From NCBI GenBank assembly GCA_041746575.1, contig JBGTGT010000052.1, forward strand, positions 1 to 35,914: 35,914 bases of DNA, read 5' to 3'. Source of the DNA: Microcystaceae cyanobacterium (lineage in GTDB: Bacteria; Cyanobacteriota; Cyanobacteriia; Cyanobacteriales; Microcystaceae). Position 1 is the stretch's first letter. Every line of letters begins with the position of its first letter. The notes beneath the pieces were generated by a model. It ran no database searches and was not told where the DNA came from. It worked only from the letters and a program-made list of their open reading frames with translations. Positions 1-8,759 of the stretch are shown here, in pieces. The translations under genes were made by a program, and so were the position numbers.

Positions 1-140
1 CGAAATTTTGTGGAAATTTATCAAATATGAATGGGTTCAAATCAACACTTATGAGAGTTGGACTAGCTTACTTAACTATCTGAAAAAAGTGCTTGACAAC
101 TTTGGCACAGAATATGCAATTAATTTTGTCTAGGTACTTA
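1..140 (+). mobile_element. Right end of an IS630-family element (3' part of transposase, 2..133, plus terminal repeat and TA target)
   Basis: Frame 2 reads EILWKFIKYEW...LKKVLDNFGTEYAINFV* (stop 131-133), resembling the C-terminus of cyanobacterial IS630 transposases after the PELNxIExLW motif. It is followed by ...CTAGGTACT-TA, ending in the TA target typical of IS630. Not in the ORF track because it is partial. Confidence 0.85.
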
Positions 141-179
141 ACATAGAAGAATGTCTGGGAAGTTTTAGATCCTTTAAGA

Positions 180-197
180 CCCCTCCCCTCCCCTCCC
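180..197. repeat. (CCCCT)3CCC tract; G-quadruplex-capable on the minus strand
   Basis: CCCC T CCCC T CCCC T CCC read directly at 180-197. Confidence 0.8.
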
Positions 198-248
198 TCT
201 TATAACTCTCTTTCTTCTCTCCAAACAGAATGTAATGCAGATAGCCCT

Positions 249-475
249 ATGTCTGATGAAGAGTTAAAAAATCTCATAGAGAAGCCATTCAAGCCTTAGC
301 CGATTCTGTAGCACAAGATAAAAAAGAATGAAGACGCGATCGCCGTCAGATGTTTGAATGGATTTCTCGACTAGCCGCCGCTCAAGCTGATTTTTATGAG
401 TCACGAGCGGATATTGATGAAAGATTAGCGGAAATCTTAGACCGATTAACCCCAAAGTCCAACCCTGATCAATAG
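249..475 (+). pseudogene. Decayed small coiled-coil hypothetical protein gene
   Basis: ATG 249 gives MSDEELKNLIE. After a frameshift the sequence continues AIQALADSVAQDKKE*RRDRRQMFEWISRLAAAQADFYESRADIDERLAEILDRLTPKSNPDQ* (stop 473-475), with an internal TGA where Trp (TGG) would fit. It resembles, from memory, a cyanobacterial MTDEELKQLIESNAKAIQAL-type family. Confidence 0.65.
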
Positions 476-493
476 CTTACGGACTAGCTGAAC

Positions 494-531
494 AGTACAG
501 GCTTGATAGGTTAATTTAGTGTCTGTACTAT
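494..531 (+). promoter_or_regulatory. sigma70-type promoter TTGATA-N17-TACTAT bracketed by an inverted repeat (putative autoregulatory operator)
   Basis: -35 TTGATA at 503-508 and -10 TACTAT at 526-531. Inverted repeat AGTACAGGC (494-502) / GTCTGTACT (521-529) matches at 8/9 positions. Confidence 0.6.
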
Positions 532-544
532 CTTGACTAACTGT

Positions 545-811
545 GTGGAAACAAAAGCGACAATCAAAATAGATAAGATGTTATGGAAATCCTTCCAACA
601 TCTCGCAAGAGTTAACGGTTCTAATGCTTCTCAGGAAATTAGGGCATTTATTACTTCTTATGTTTCTAATCAAGGTGATATAGAAATTCCTAATTCTGTA
701 CAGACCCAAGTACAGCCGTCCCTACAGACTGATTTAAGTGAGTTACAAGAACGCTTAACCTCCGTAGAAAACTTGCTGGTTAGTTTTGTAAATACTCAAA
801 AAGACGGCTGA
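545..811 (+). CDS. Small ribbon-helix-helix-like DNA-binding protein with C-terminal coiled coil
   Basis: KATIKID (alternating beta strand), then KMLWKSFQHLARVNG and SNASQEIRAFITSYV, fits the RHH (CopG/Arc/ParG) pattern; the tail LSELQERLTSVENLL is coiled-coil-like. GTG 545 is preferred to TTG 533 because 533 lies upstream of the likely transcription start. Confidence 0.65.
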   Translation: METKATIKIDKMLWKSFQHLARVNGSNASQEIRAFITSYVSNQGDIEIPNSVQTQVQPSLQTDLSELQERLTSVENLLVSFVNTQKDG

Positions 812-1047
812 GAACATCAAAAGCGAATTAATCATACGTCTCTCTTGTTAACCATATCAGTCCCTATTAGGGACGATTAATCAATATTTAGACTGACTCG
901 TACTCAAAACCCTTGAATGTAGAATAATATCAACTATTGTATATGAATAGTCAAACTCAGTAAAAAGGGTAAGATTTTGGGAAATACTCTTACACTTTAG
1001 AGTGCTATAAAACCGTTGAAAGTATTGATATAAGGGAGTTTTGGAAA

Positions 1048-1120
<73 letters not shown>

Positions 1121-1143
1121 AAGTCGTTTTCTAACGCTTAACC

Positions 1144-1173
1144 AGCATAACAAACCTCAAATCATTTTGACAA
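1144..1173 (-). promoter_or_regulatory. Putative tRNA-Phe promoter
   Basis: Minus strand TTGTCA-N18-TATGCT with an extended TG motif, ending 23 nt upstream of the tRNA 5' end. Confidence 0.5.
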
Positions 1174-1302
1174 GACTTCAGCGTAAAAATTTTTGATTCC
1201 TCTACGATAAGAGACTTGTTTAAAGTTTCCTATCAAAATCCATCAATCTATTGAACTCAAAGTTACGCTAATAAAAAGACGCTTTTACCTTAATTCTCCC
1301 CA

Positions 1303-3588
1303 ATGTTCCTAGACCTTCAGCAACGTTTAGGGGATGCCCCCTCTTTCAAAACCGAAGAATCGCTTATTTTTCGCATCTTAGTCCAGCTTTTGGTCATTAT
1401 TGGCATTATTGCTACGGATTTGGCCGCAGGGACTTATATGAGTATCTGGGCAATCCCTCTAAGTATGATTGGCGCCGGATGGAGTTGGCGACATCGTAAG
1501 CATAAGAATGTGGCAGTCAAATTTATGTTAGTCATTGCCATGGTAGGAATATTGGTCTTTTTTCTAAATAAACTGGTAGTGAGTCTGGGAGATAGTCGTC
1601 TGGCGTTAGCAGAATTATTGGTACAACTTCAGGTTTTGCATAGCTTTGACTTACCGCGTCGCAAGGATTTAGGCTATTCCATGATGATTGGATTAGTGCT
1701 TTTAGGAGTGGCAGGAACGATTTCGCAAACCTTAATTTTTGCAGTGGCTTTATTGGTCTTCCTTTGTGTAGCCTTACCCACTCTAATTTTAGATTATCGT
1801 TCCCGTTTGGGGATAGAACCGATTGATCGACGACTACAAGACACTGTTTCGCCTTCTTTTCCCTTAAAAAAGACAAAAACCTTCTATTGGTCTTTGATTT
1901 CTCCCCTCCCTCCTCGCCAATTGGGGCTTTTTTTCCTATTAACGTTGGGGTTAGGCTTACTCATCTTTGTCGCCATGCCTCGCTTTCCGGGCTATCAATT
2001 ACAAACATTTCCTGTCAGCAGTCCTGTTAATTCAGAAAATCAACAATTTGATGCAGAAAATCGCAAGATTCAGAATCCGGGCTATCTCAAAGAAGGCAAG
2101 GCAGGGAAAGACGGTTTAAATGGTAATAGCCCTATTACCGGACAAGGAGAAATAGATAAAACCTTTTATTATGGCTTCAATAGCCAAATGAATCAGAATT
2201 TACGGGGACAAATGCAACCGCAGGTGGTTTTACGGGTTCGTTCTCAAGCCCCCGGTTTTTGGAAGGTGATGTCCTTTGATCATTATACGGGACAAGGTTG
2301 GGAAATCAGCGATAAAGATGAAATCGCTAAACTCGATACTTACTACGCTTATCGGTTTTATTTACCCGGATTAACTACTATCGTCAACACCAAGCGAGTG
2401 GTTCAAACCTATACTGCTGTTTCTTATTTACCTAACGTCATTCCTGCTTTATATTCCCCTAAAGTCGTCTTTTTTCCCGCTCAAGAAATCGCCTTGGATA
2501 ACGAGGGAAGTCTGCGAGCGCCGCTAGGGTTATTGGAGGGTTTGACCTATACTATTATTTCTGATGTTCCCTATCGGGATCGTACTGCCTTGGGACAGGC
2601 AAAAGGAATTTATCCTAAGGCAATTATTGAACGTTATCTAGAAATTTCACCAGAAATTGCCCCAACAATCCGACAAAAAGCTGATGAATTACTGGAAAAA
2701 TCCCCCAAACCGATTACCAATCCCTATGAAGCGACACTCTTTTTAGCCCAACAGTTGAAAAGTCAATATGAAATTCGACCTGATTTACCTTTTTTAGGCG
2801 AAAATGAAGACTTAGTTGAGGCTTTTCTCTTTAAATATGGAGGAGGCTACCCTGATCATTTTTCAACCGTGTTAACGATGATGTTGCGATCGCTGGGCAT
2901 TCCGGCACGATTAACAACGGGATTTACCTCTGGGCAGTTTAATCCGTTCACAGGCTTTTATATTGTCAAGAATACGGATGCTTATGCCTTAACAGAAGTC
3001 TATTTTCCAAATTATGGCTGGTATGGTTTTGATCCTATTCCTGGCCACGAATTGATGCCCCCTTCCTTTGAAGAACACGAAGCATTTAGCGTAATTCGTC
3101 AATTATGGCACTGGATCGCCGGTTTTGTGCCGCCTCCGATTCTGGACTTTGTTAATTTTCTTTGGCGTAGAGTTCTTGAGGCGTTAGCAACGGTTATCGG
3201 CTGGCTTTGGTCACTGATTTCTGGTAGCATTCTCGGCGTGCTATTTGGGCTTCTAGGGGCAATTGGACTCAGTTTTTTGGGATGGTTAGGGTTTTTACGT
3301 CTGAAAGCAAGGAATTTATCCCGTCGTTTAGCTAAGTTACCACCTATTGCTCAAATTTACAATCAAATGCTACAATTTTTGCAAAAAAAAGGATATCCAA
3401 AACATCCTGCTCAAACGCCTTTAGAGTATGTAGAAATCTCTCGTCAACAACATCCGCCCCCTATTGCTGAGATCATTGAAAAGATTTCCCAAGCTTACGT
3501 TGACTGGCGTTATGGTCAAATTGAACAAAACAATGCAGATTTACGTCAACAGTTAAACCAGTTAAAGCGAGAATTCACTCGAAGATAA
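1303..3588 (+). CDS. TgpA-like membrane protein (DUF3488 + transglutaminase-like + DUF4129), catalytic Cys and His substituted
   Basis: N-terminal TM bundle, FDHYTGQGW motif, core GYPDHFSTVLTMMLRSLGIPARL...DAYALTEVYFPNYGWYGFDP, and C-terminal QTPLEY...YVDWRYG (DUF4129-like). Confidence 0.9.
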   Translation: MFLDLQQRLGDAPSFKTEESLIFRILVQLLVIIGIIATDLAAGTYMSIWAIPLSMIGAGWSWRHRKHKNVAVKFMLVIAMVGILVFFLNKLVVSLGDSRLALAELLVQLQVLHSFDLPRRKDLGYSMMIGLVLLGVAGTISQTLIFAVALLVFLCVALPTLILDYRSRLGIEPIDRRLQDTVSPSFPLKKTKTFYWSLISPLPPRQLGLFFLLTLGLGLLIFVAMPRFPGYQLQTFPVSSPVNSENQQFDAENRKIQNPGYLKEGKAGKDGLNGNSPITGQGEIDKTFYYGFNSQMNQNLRGQMQPQVVLRVRSQAPGFWKVMSFDHYTGQGWEISDKDEIAKLDTYYAYRFYLPGLTTIVNTKRVVQTYTAVSYLPNVIPALYSPKVVFFPAQEIALDNEGSLRAPLGLLEGLTYTIISDVPYRDRTALGQAKGIYPKAIIERYLEISPEIAPTIRQKADELLEKSPKPITNPYEATLFLAQQLKSQYEIRPDLPFLGENEDLVEAFLFKYGGGYPDHFSTVLTMMLRSLGIPARLTTGFTSGQFNPFTGFYIVKNTDAYALTEVYFPNYGWYGFDPIPGHELMPPSFEEHEAFSVIRQLWHWIAGFVPPPILDFVNFLWRRVLEALATVIGWLWSLISGSILGVLFGLLGAIGLSFLGWLGFLRLKARNLSRRLAKLPPIAQIYNQMLQFLQKKGYPKHPAQTPLEYVEISRQQHPPPIAEIIEKISQAYVDWRYGQIEQNNADLRQQLNQLKREFTRR

Positions 3589-3610
3589 TCATCATTTTTT
3601 GAAAAATAGT

Positions 3611-3740
3611 TGTAGAAGTCCCCACCCAAAGTTACTTTAGCTAAAAATTATAGATAACTTGAATAGGGATGAATCCAAGCAACCCAGCTCGGATCGGTGA
3701 AGCAGCGACACTGCCTGCGGTTAGTTGGGGAGGATGTCAC
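3611..3740 (+). mobile_element. Putative non-autonomous IS200/IS605-derived miniature element (PATE-like): fused left and right ends
   Basis: AGAAGTCCCC...GGGATGAAT resembles a left-end hairpin and overlaps GAATCC...GGGGAGGATGTCAC, which resembles cyanobacterial IS605 right ends. Internal stems include AAGTTA/TAACTT and GCAG/CTGC. No coding capacity. Confidence 0.5.
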
Positions 3741-5662
3741 CGAAGTAAATCTAAATCTATCACAAAATTCTTGCCATCATCATAGATTCGTTGTCTTGTA
3801 TTGCCCAATTGTTTTAAGTTATCCTGAAAATCAAAGGTGAGTCTTGCTTGAGCTTTACGCCAAGAGTCTTTTTTGGTGTTCACTCTTCCTTTCAGCAAAT
3901 TAAAGGGAAAGTTTGCTTCCTCAGCATAAGCGTAGGCGACATACCGAATAGATTGGGATTTTAGATAAGTTGCTAAGGCTTCACTTCCTTCAAAAAAAGG
4001 CATCCCGGGTGGTGGACTAAATTGCCCTGGATAATCTGCGAGAAAGATTTGATTTCTCTTAAAATCTAGCAAAAAAGGCTTACTCAATCGGGTTAAAATA
4101 GGAGCTTTTGGGGGAATGGCTTCTAACATTTGGGTGTATTGATTCGCCTCTTGCGCGGAAAAAAGATTGACTCCATTTAAGCCCGCCATACTACTCTTAA
4201 AATTACCAATAATGTATTTTTGGGGAGAGCCAAGATTCACCAGAAGCCAACTGCCGATCAAGAAAGCGATAATCGCCGACTGATAGCGAAACGGATTTTG
4301 GGATTTGATCTTTGCCAATACTAAAGTTATTAATATTATCAAAGTCGGCACAACAAAAGGAACTGAGTACCGGTAACTAATATCTCCTCCCGTCGCAATA
4401 GAGAGTAAAATTTTCCCCAATAAGGTACTAATAATAAGAGGGAGAATAGAACCTCGGCTGATAAGCTTTTGTCTTCTTTGCCCGATAACTAGAAGGCTGA
4501 GTAAGAAAATTCCTAAGAAATCAGGCTCAAAGAAAGTTGTTTTAGTGATTTTATAAAGGGTGGCTATTGTTAATTTGCCATAAGGAGCGATCGGCGTTCC
4601 ATAGACAGAACCATGGTATCCTTTTCCCAGTAAAGGATATAAAAAAGTTCCTGCTGACGAGTGCATTAGAAGCATCCAAGACCCCAGAAAAATGATAAAT
4701 AAGCCGATAAAACTCAAAATTTCATAAAGGGCTTTTTTCTCAAATCGAGTATCAATGAGGTGAAAAAAGTAGCTTAGGCTAAGTAAAATTAGGGTAGAAA
4801 TAATGAGGTTCGTTTTTAGGGCGCAAAGGGCGGCGGCAATTAAAGCAATTATACAAGCATTAACAAGAAAATGAGGAGAGTTTCTAAGTTGCTTAGAGTT
4901 GAGAAATCTAAACAGACTGAAAACCAAAATAATAGCCGTTGTAACAGCCGCTATATTAACATTTTTTATATTAATAAGCAAAAATAAAAAAAGAATAGAA
5001 ATAATGGCTTTTGCAGGCGTTTTCTTTTCTATACAGAAGCTTAAAATAAGGATAATAACCCCTAACAAACCAACGCCAGAATCAATGATTTTCAAATTAA
5101 CTTCAGACAGCACACTCAGGACGAAAGTATCTAAAAAGGACTGTCCTCCTAGGGAATAGTTTCTTCTCGCACCAAACGGATCTGAACTGATAGAACCCGT
5201 TTGCAACATTTGCTGAGGGAAAACGAAATACGCATGATAATCATCGTGGGGATTAAAAGTGTTATTAGAAATACTTCCAGCATATCGTAATAAGATGAGC
5301 AAGCTAACTATAATGGTAGCGATTAAAAGTACCCTATCTTTTCGGCAATGGTTAATATATTGAGAAAGAGACGTTATCCTTAAATCTCTCGCTTTATAAA
5401 TGTCAATCAATCCGTAAGCAAAACCTATCCCCAAATAGATTAAAATGACTTCTTTGGAGACGGTTGCTGTCCCATTTAACACACCTCCTACAAAAACGCT
5501 AAATGCGATCCCCCAAGCCATTTTTTGTCCCCAGTCAACAGGCTGTTTCGGTAAGAGAAAGCGATTGAGAATTCCCCCCCAACCGATTAAAGATAAGAGA
5601 ATAGCGATTCCCCATATAAAGGCAAAAAAGTAGGAAGTAATAGATAGGATTTCGTTGGGCAT
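3737..5662 (-). CDS. Polytopic membrane protein, putative GT-C-fold glycosyltransferase
   Basis: 641 aa with many hydrophobic segments, an acidic pair in an early loop (FNPHDDYHAYF) and a C-terminal soluble domain. The ORF is secure; the function is inferred. Confidence 0.6.
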   Translation of the reverse strand: MPNEILSITSYFFAFIWGIAILLSLIGWGGILNRFLLPKQPVDWGQKMAWGIAFSVFVGGVLNGTATVSKEVILIYLGIGFAYGLIDIYKARDLRITSLSQYINHCRKDRVLLIATIIVSLLILLRYAGSISNNTFNPHDDYHAYFVFPQQMLQTGSISSDPFGARRNYSLGGQSFLDTFVLSVLSEVNLKIIDSGVGLLGVIILILSFCIEKKTPAKAIISILFLFLLINIKNVNIAAVTTAIILVFSLFRFLNSKQLRNSPHFLVNACIIALIAAALCALKTNLIISTLILLSLSYFFHLIDTRFEKKALYEILSFIGLFIIFLGSWMLLMHSSAGTFLYPLLGKGYHGSVYGTPIAPYGKLTIATLYKITKTTFFEPDFLGIFLLSLLVIGQRRQKLISRGSILPLIISTLLGKILLSIATGGDISYRYSVPFVVPTLIILITLVLAKIKSQNPFRYQSAIIAFLIGSWLLVNLGSPQKYIIGNFKSSMAGLNGVNLFSAQEANQYTQMLEAIPPKAPILTRLSKPFLLDFKRNQIFLADYPGQFSPPPGMPFFEGSEALATYLKSQSIRYVAYAYAEEANFPFNLLKGRVNTKKDSWRKAQARLTFDFQDNLKQLGNTRQRIYDDGKNFVIDLDLLR

Positions 5663-5787
5663 ATATTATGCTCTTTAGTTGTTTAAATTTAATTTTGTAA
5701 AAATCTTTTTTCTAAACAAAGGAATGGCATTAATTTAGCACAATCTCTTGGACTTGTCTAGTCTAACGAATACGAGTTTGAGTTCTT

Positions 5788-7590
5788 TTATTTTTCTAAA
5801 TTGTCAAAGGAGGTTTTTAAAATGCAATTGGACTCAATCACAAAAGAAACATCATTTTCAAAAACAGTACATTTTTCTTGAGCAGTTAACAAAACAGGAT
5901 TCATTCCTTTTTCTAATTTTTTTTCAATAGATTGTAATTGTGCCTTAAATGGTGTAAGCCAATCCCCAGCATATTTCTTTTTTCTAAAAGATTGGGTAAA
6001 ATAGTCAGACTGAAAAGCAGATTTTTCTAATAAGAAATAATCAACCCCATATTTTTTAATGAAATCTTTAACTTCAACCGAATTAGAACTGTATTGTGCC
6101 TTAATTAAATCCAGTGTACGCTGGCGAAAAACATTATAGTACCCCAGTTCGTAGGGATGCGCAAATTCACGAGCCACTAAGACTGAGCGTCTGGTAAAAC
6201 TCGGTATTGCTGAGGCTTCTATTGCTAAGGAAGCAATCATTATGTCTTTAGGTTGTTGCTCAAAAAATTGGTAGAGTCGCAGGTTGTTACCTTTGACGTA
6301 GTTATGCGTTAATTTTAAAAAATGACTCGGAGAAATTATAATAATGAATGCTAACGTAACCCCAAAAAATAAAAGAAATAATCTCTGCCAAAAACGAGAA
6401 GTATAATTCTTTAGTCTTTGGTTAGACAAAGAGGATAACTGTCTTAAAAGGGCATCTAATAAAATAACTAAAACAAGGGCTGTGGCAAACCGACTTGCGT
6501 ATTGCAATCCCGATCCATAACGATTAGGCAAATAAAGCTTAAATAGAGTCAGGTGAGCTAAGACAAAAAGCCCCAATGATACGATGATTAATTGCAAAAT
6601 AATCGTTGTTTTGCGATGAAGGAATTTAATTAAAGGAAAATAAGAAGAATAGCAAATGAGTATCGGCAGTAAAAGTCCTAGATATAATATTTGGGGCTCA
6701 AAAACTCTTTGCAGTTGGAGTCCACTCCGAGGAGATTCAAGGAAATAGAAGGAGAGATTTTTAAAGAAAAATTCTACTCTTCCTCCTTTCTGAAACTCTC
6801 TCATTGCTAATGCTTGAACTTTAGTAACAATGGGATCGTATTGAGATGGAATGAGGGCATAGTATAAAACAATTATAATAATTAATGCTAAACCTGATAG
6901 ACATAGCAAAAGTTTGCTTTTATCTAAAGTAAAACGACGAGGAATTCCCTTTTTCCACAAAAATAATTGTAAGAAGAGAATTCCCGCTAAAGGTAATAAT
7001 AAGATTTGATAGAATCCTCCTAGTAAGGCAATCATTCCTAAAAAGAGCCAGCGAGAATTTCGGAGAAAATAGTATAAGGTTGCCAAAAAAAATAAAGGAC
7101 CAAATGCTCTCGGGGTAGCAGTAATTAAGGTATCATAGTTCCACAGTAACTGGTTCAAAAAAACCGATGAGAAAAACCCAACTAAGGGGACAGGGAGCAT
7201 CTCGAAAGCCAGTAAAAAGCCATAAGCAGTTGTGAGTAACCCTAAAATGGGAGGAATGATTTTACCAACGGTAATTGCATCAATTCCTAATAAAGCAAAT
7301 AAACGATACAAAGTCAGATAACCATAGGGTTCGTTACTGATATAATAATTTGCCAGAAAATCGTTAGGAAATAGGTCTGGGTCTATAAATTTGAGCAACC
7401 AAGTGATATGAATACGAGCATCATCTTGTATAGAATAATCATATCTATAAGCCACTATTAAAGCCATGATACCGAAGAGGGCCGCATAAATTAAACTAAG
7501 ACTTAACCAGAATAATGTTCTCGGCCGAGTGATTTTGTCAGTAGGGGCAGTTAACCAAGATGAAAAATTAGACGAAAAAAAAGTTAGCAT
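5788..7590 (-). CDS. Polytopic membrane protein, putative GT-C-fold glycosyltransferase
   Basis: 600 aa with a DD motif right after TM1 (YSIQDDARIH), a TPRAF motif, more than 10 hydrophobic segments and a C-terminal domain ending FIKKYGVDYFLL. Confidence 0.6.
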   Translation of the reverse strand: MLTFFSSNFSSWLTAPTDKITRPRTLFWLSLSLIYAALFGIMALIVAYRYDYSIQDDARIHITWLLKFIDPDLFPNDFLANYYISNEPYGYLTLYRLFALLGIDAITVGKIIPPILGLLTTAYGFLLAFEMLPVPLVGFFSSVFLNQLLWNYDTLITATPRAFGPLFFLATLYYFLRNSRWLFLGMIALLGGFYQILLLPLAGILFLQLFLWKKGIPRRFTLDKSKLLLCLSGLALIIIIVLYYALIPSQYDPIVTKVQALAMREFQKGGRVEFFFKNLSFYFLESPRSGLQLQRVFEPQILYLGLLLPILICYSSYFPLIKFLHRKTTIILQLIIVSLGLFVLAHLTLFKLYLPNRYGSGLQYASRFATALVLVILLDALLRQLSSLSNQRLKNYTSRFWQRLFLLFFGVTLAFIIIISPSHFLKLTHNYVKGNNLRLYQFFEQQPKDIMIASLAIEASAIPSFTRRSVLVAREFAHPYELGYYNVFRQRTLDLIKAQYSSNSVEVKDFIKKYGVDYFLLEKSAFQSDYFTQSFRKKKYAGDWLTPFKAQLQSIEKKLEKGMNPVLLTAQEKCTVFENDVSFVIESNCILKTSFDNLEK

Positions 7591-7858
7591 AATATTTGTT
7601 TAAAACCCGATGAATAATCTCTATAAAAAAAACAATTTCAGTGTAAATAATTATTTCTAATTTATTAGAACCCAGTAGCTTTTGACTAATTTTCCGCGCT
7701 CAAGAAGAGCAGTACTAAGGAAATAAACCCAGAATTTAAAAGGAAATTGTTGATTGATCATATAGAAATACCTAGGTTTAATGAATAAAAACAACCTAGC
7801 ATAATACTCAAAAATTGTCTAGATCAATTAATACCCATTATTACTCAGTTAACTTAAC

Positions 7859-8758
7859 TTAACCCATGCGTTTATCAATCATATCGGCTAATAGCGCAAA
7901 CATGGCAATCTGCGTAGCCGCAATTAACAAAATAAGCGTGCTTTCAGTTAAATCACCTCGTAATAAGTCCTGAGTCAGTGTGAGCAAAAACCCAGCAAAA
8001 AATAGTCCTGAAATTGGTAAGAAAAGTTTAAGCGGCGCAAAATAAAGACCGGTGCGCAAAATTAATTTGACAAACCGTAAGGTATCTCGAATCGGTTTAA
8101 TCTTACTTTTTCCTTGTCGCGCATGATAGTCAATGGGTTCATAATGAACTAAATAATGATTGGTGAGCATTGCGACCGTAATCGTTGTGGTAAAACTAAA
8201 AGTATTCGGTAAAATATTCATAAACTGTTCAGCCACGCGCTTAGGAAAAACCCTTAAGCCACTGTTCATATCAGGGATGCGACTGTTGGTAATCCATTCA
8301 GCAAAACGGACCAAAAACCACTTAGGAATCTTACGAATCGTGGGATAAGTAACATTTTGTCCAATTCTTGCCCCCACTACCATGTCTGCTCCATTCATCA
8401 AAGAAACTAAACGGGGAATATCTTGATTAGGATAAGTTCCATCACCGTCAGTAATCACGATCAGAGGATATTTCGCATGACGAATTCCCGTTTTTAAAGC
8501 GGCACCGTATCCCTGATTTCTGCGATGTTCAATGAGATGAATATCCTTAAAAGAATGAAGAGTTTCGCCTGTTTTATCCCTAGAACCATCGTTTACCACG
8601 ACAATTTCATAAGGATAAGGGCAAGCCGAAGATTTAAGCGTTTCTTGTAAATGGGTAAGGGTGGGTGCAATTCCGTCTTCTTCATTGTAAACTGGGATGA
8701 CAATTGAGAAAGCCAAAGCGGTTGTCTCTTTATCTTGTAAAGCATTCGGTGAAATCAT
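7859..8758 (-). CDS. GT2 glycosyltransferase, DPM1/GtrB-like (polyprenol-phosphate sugar synthase)
   Basis: SIVIPVYNEE, VVVNDGSRD, NQGYGAALKTG, DxD motif (TDGDGTY), DMNSGLR, R-x-G-K-S-K and two C-terminal TM helices. ATG 8758 is the first ATG in frame. Confidence 0.9.
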   Translation of the reverse strand: MISPNALQDKETTALAFSIVIPVYNEEDGIAPTLTHLQETLKSSACPYPYEIVVVNDGSRDKTGETLHSFKDIHLIEHRRNQGYGAALKTGIRHAKYPLIVITDGDGTYPNQDIPRLVSLMNGADMVVGARIGQNVTYPTIRKIPKWFLVRFAEWITNSRIPDMNSGLRVFPKRVAEQFMNILPNTFSFTTTITVAMLTNHYLVHYEPIDYHARQGKSKIKPIRDTLRFVKLILRTGLYFAPLKLFLPISGLFFAGFLLTLTQDLLRGDLTESTLILLIAATQIAMFALLADMIDKRMG

Positions 8759-8759
8759 A

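Noticed and set aside
264..455. 63-aa minus-strand ORF
   Set aside because: Antisense shadow of the plus-strand pseudogene at 249-475.
3670..3730. Possible SRP RNA or riboswitch (GAAGCAGC, structured and GC-rich)
   Set aside because: Lacks the SRP helix-8 CAGG..GGAA..AGCAG arrangement; the flanks fit IS605-like ends better.
7772..7799. CTAGGTT...AACCTAG inverted repeat between the GT2 and 600-aa genes
   Set aside because: A 7-bp stem with a 14-nt loop in very AT-rich DNA is too weak to call as a terminator or operator.
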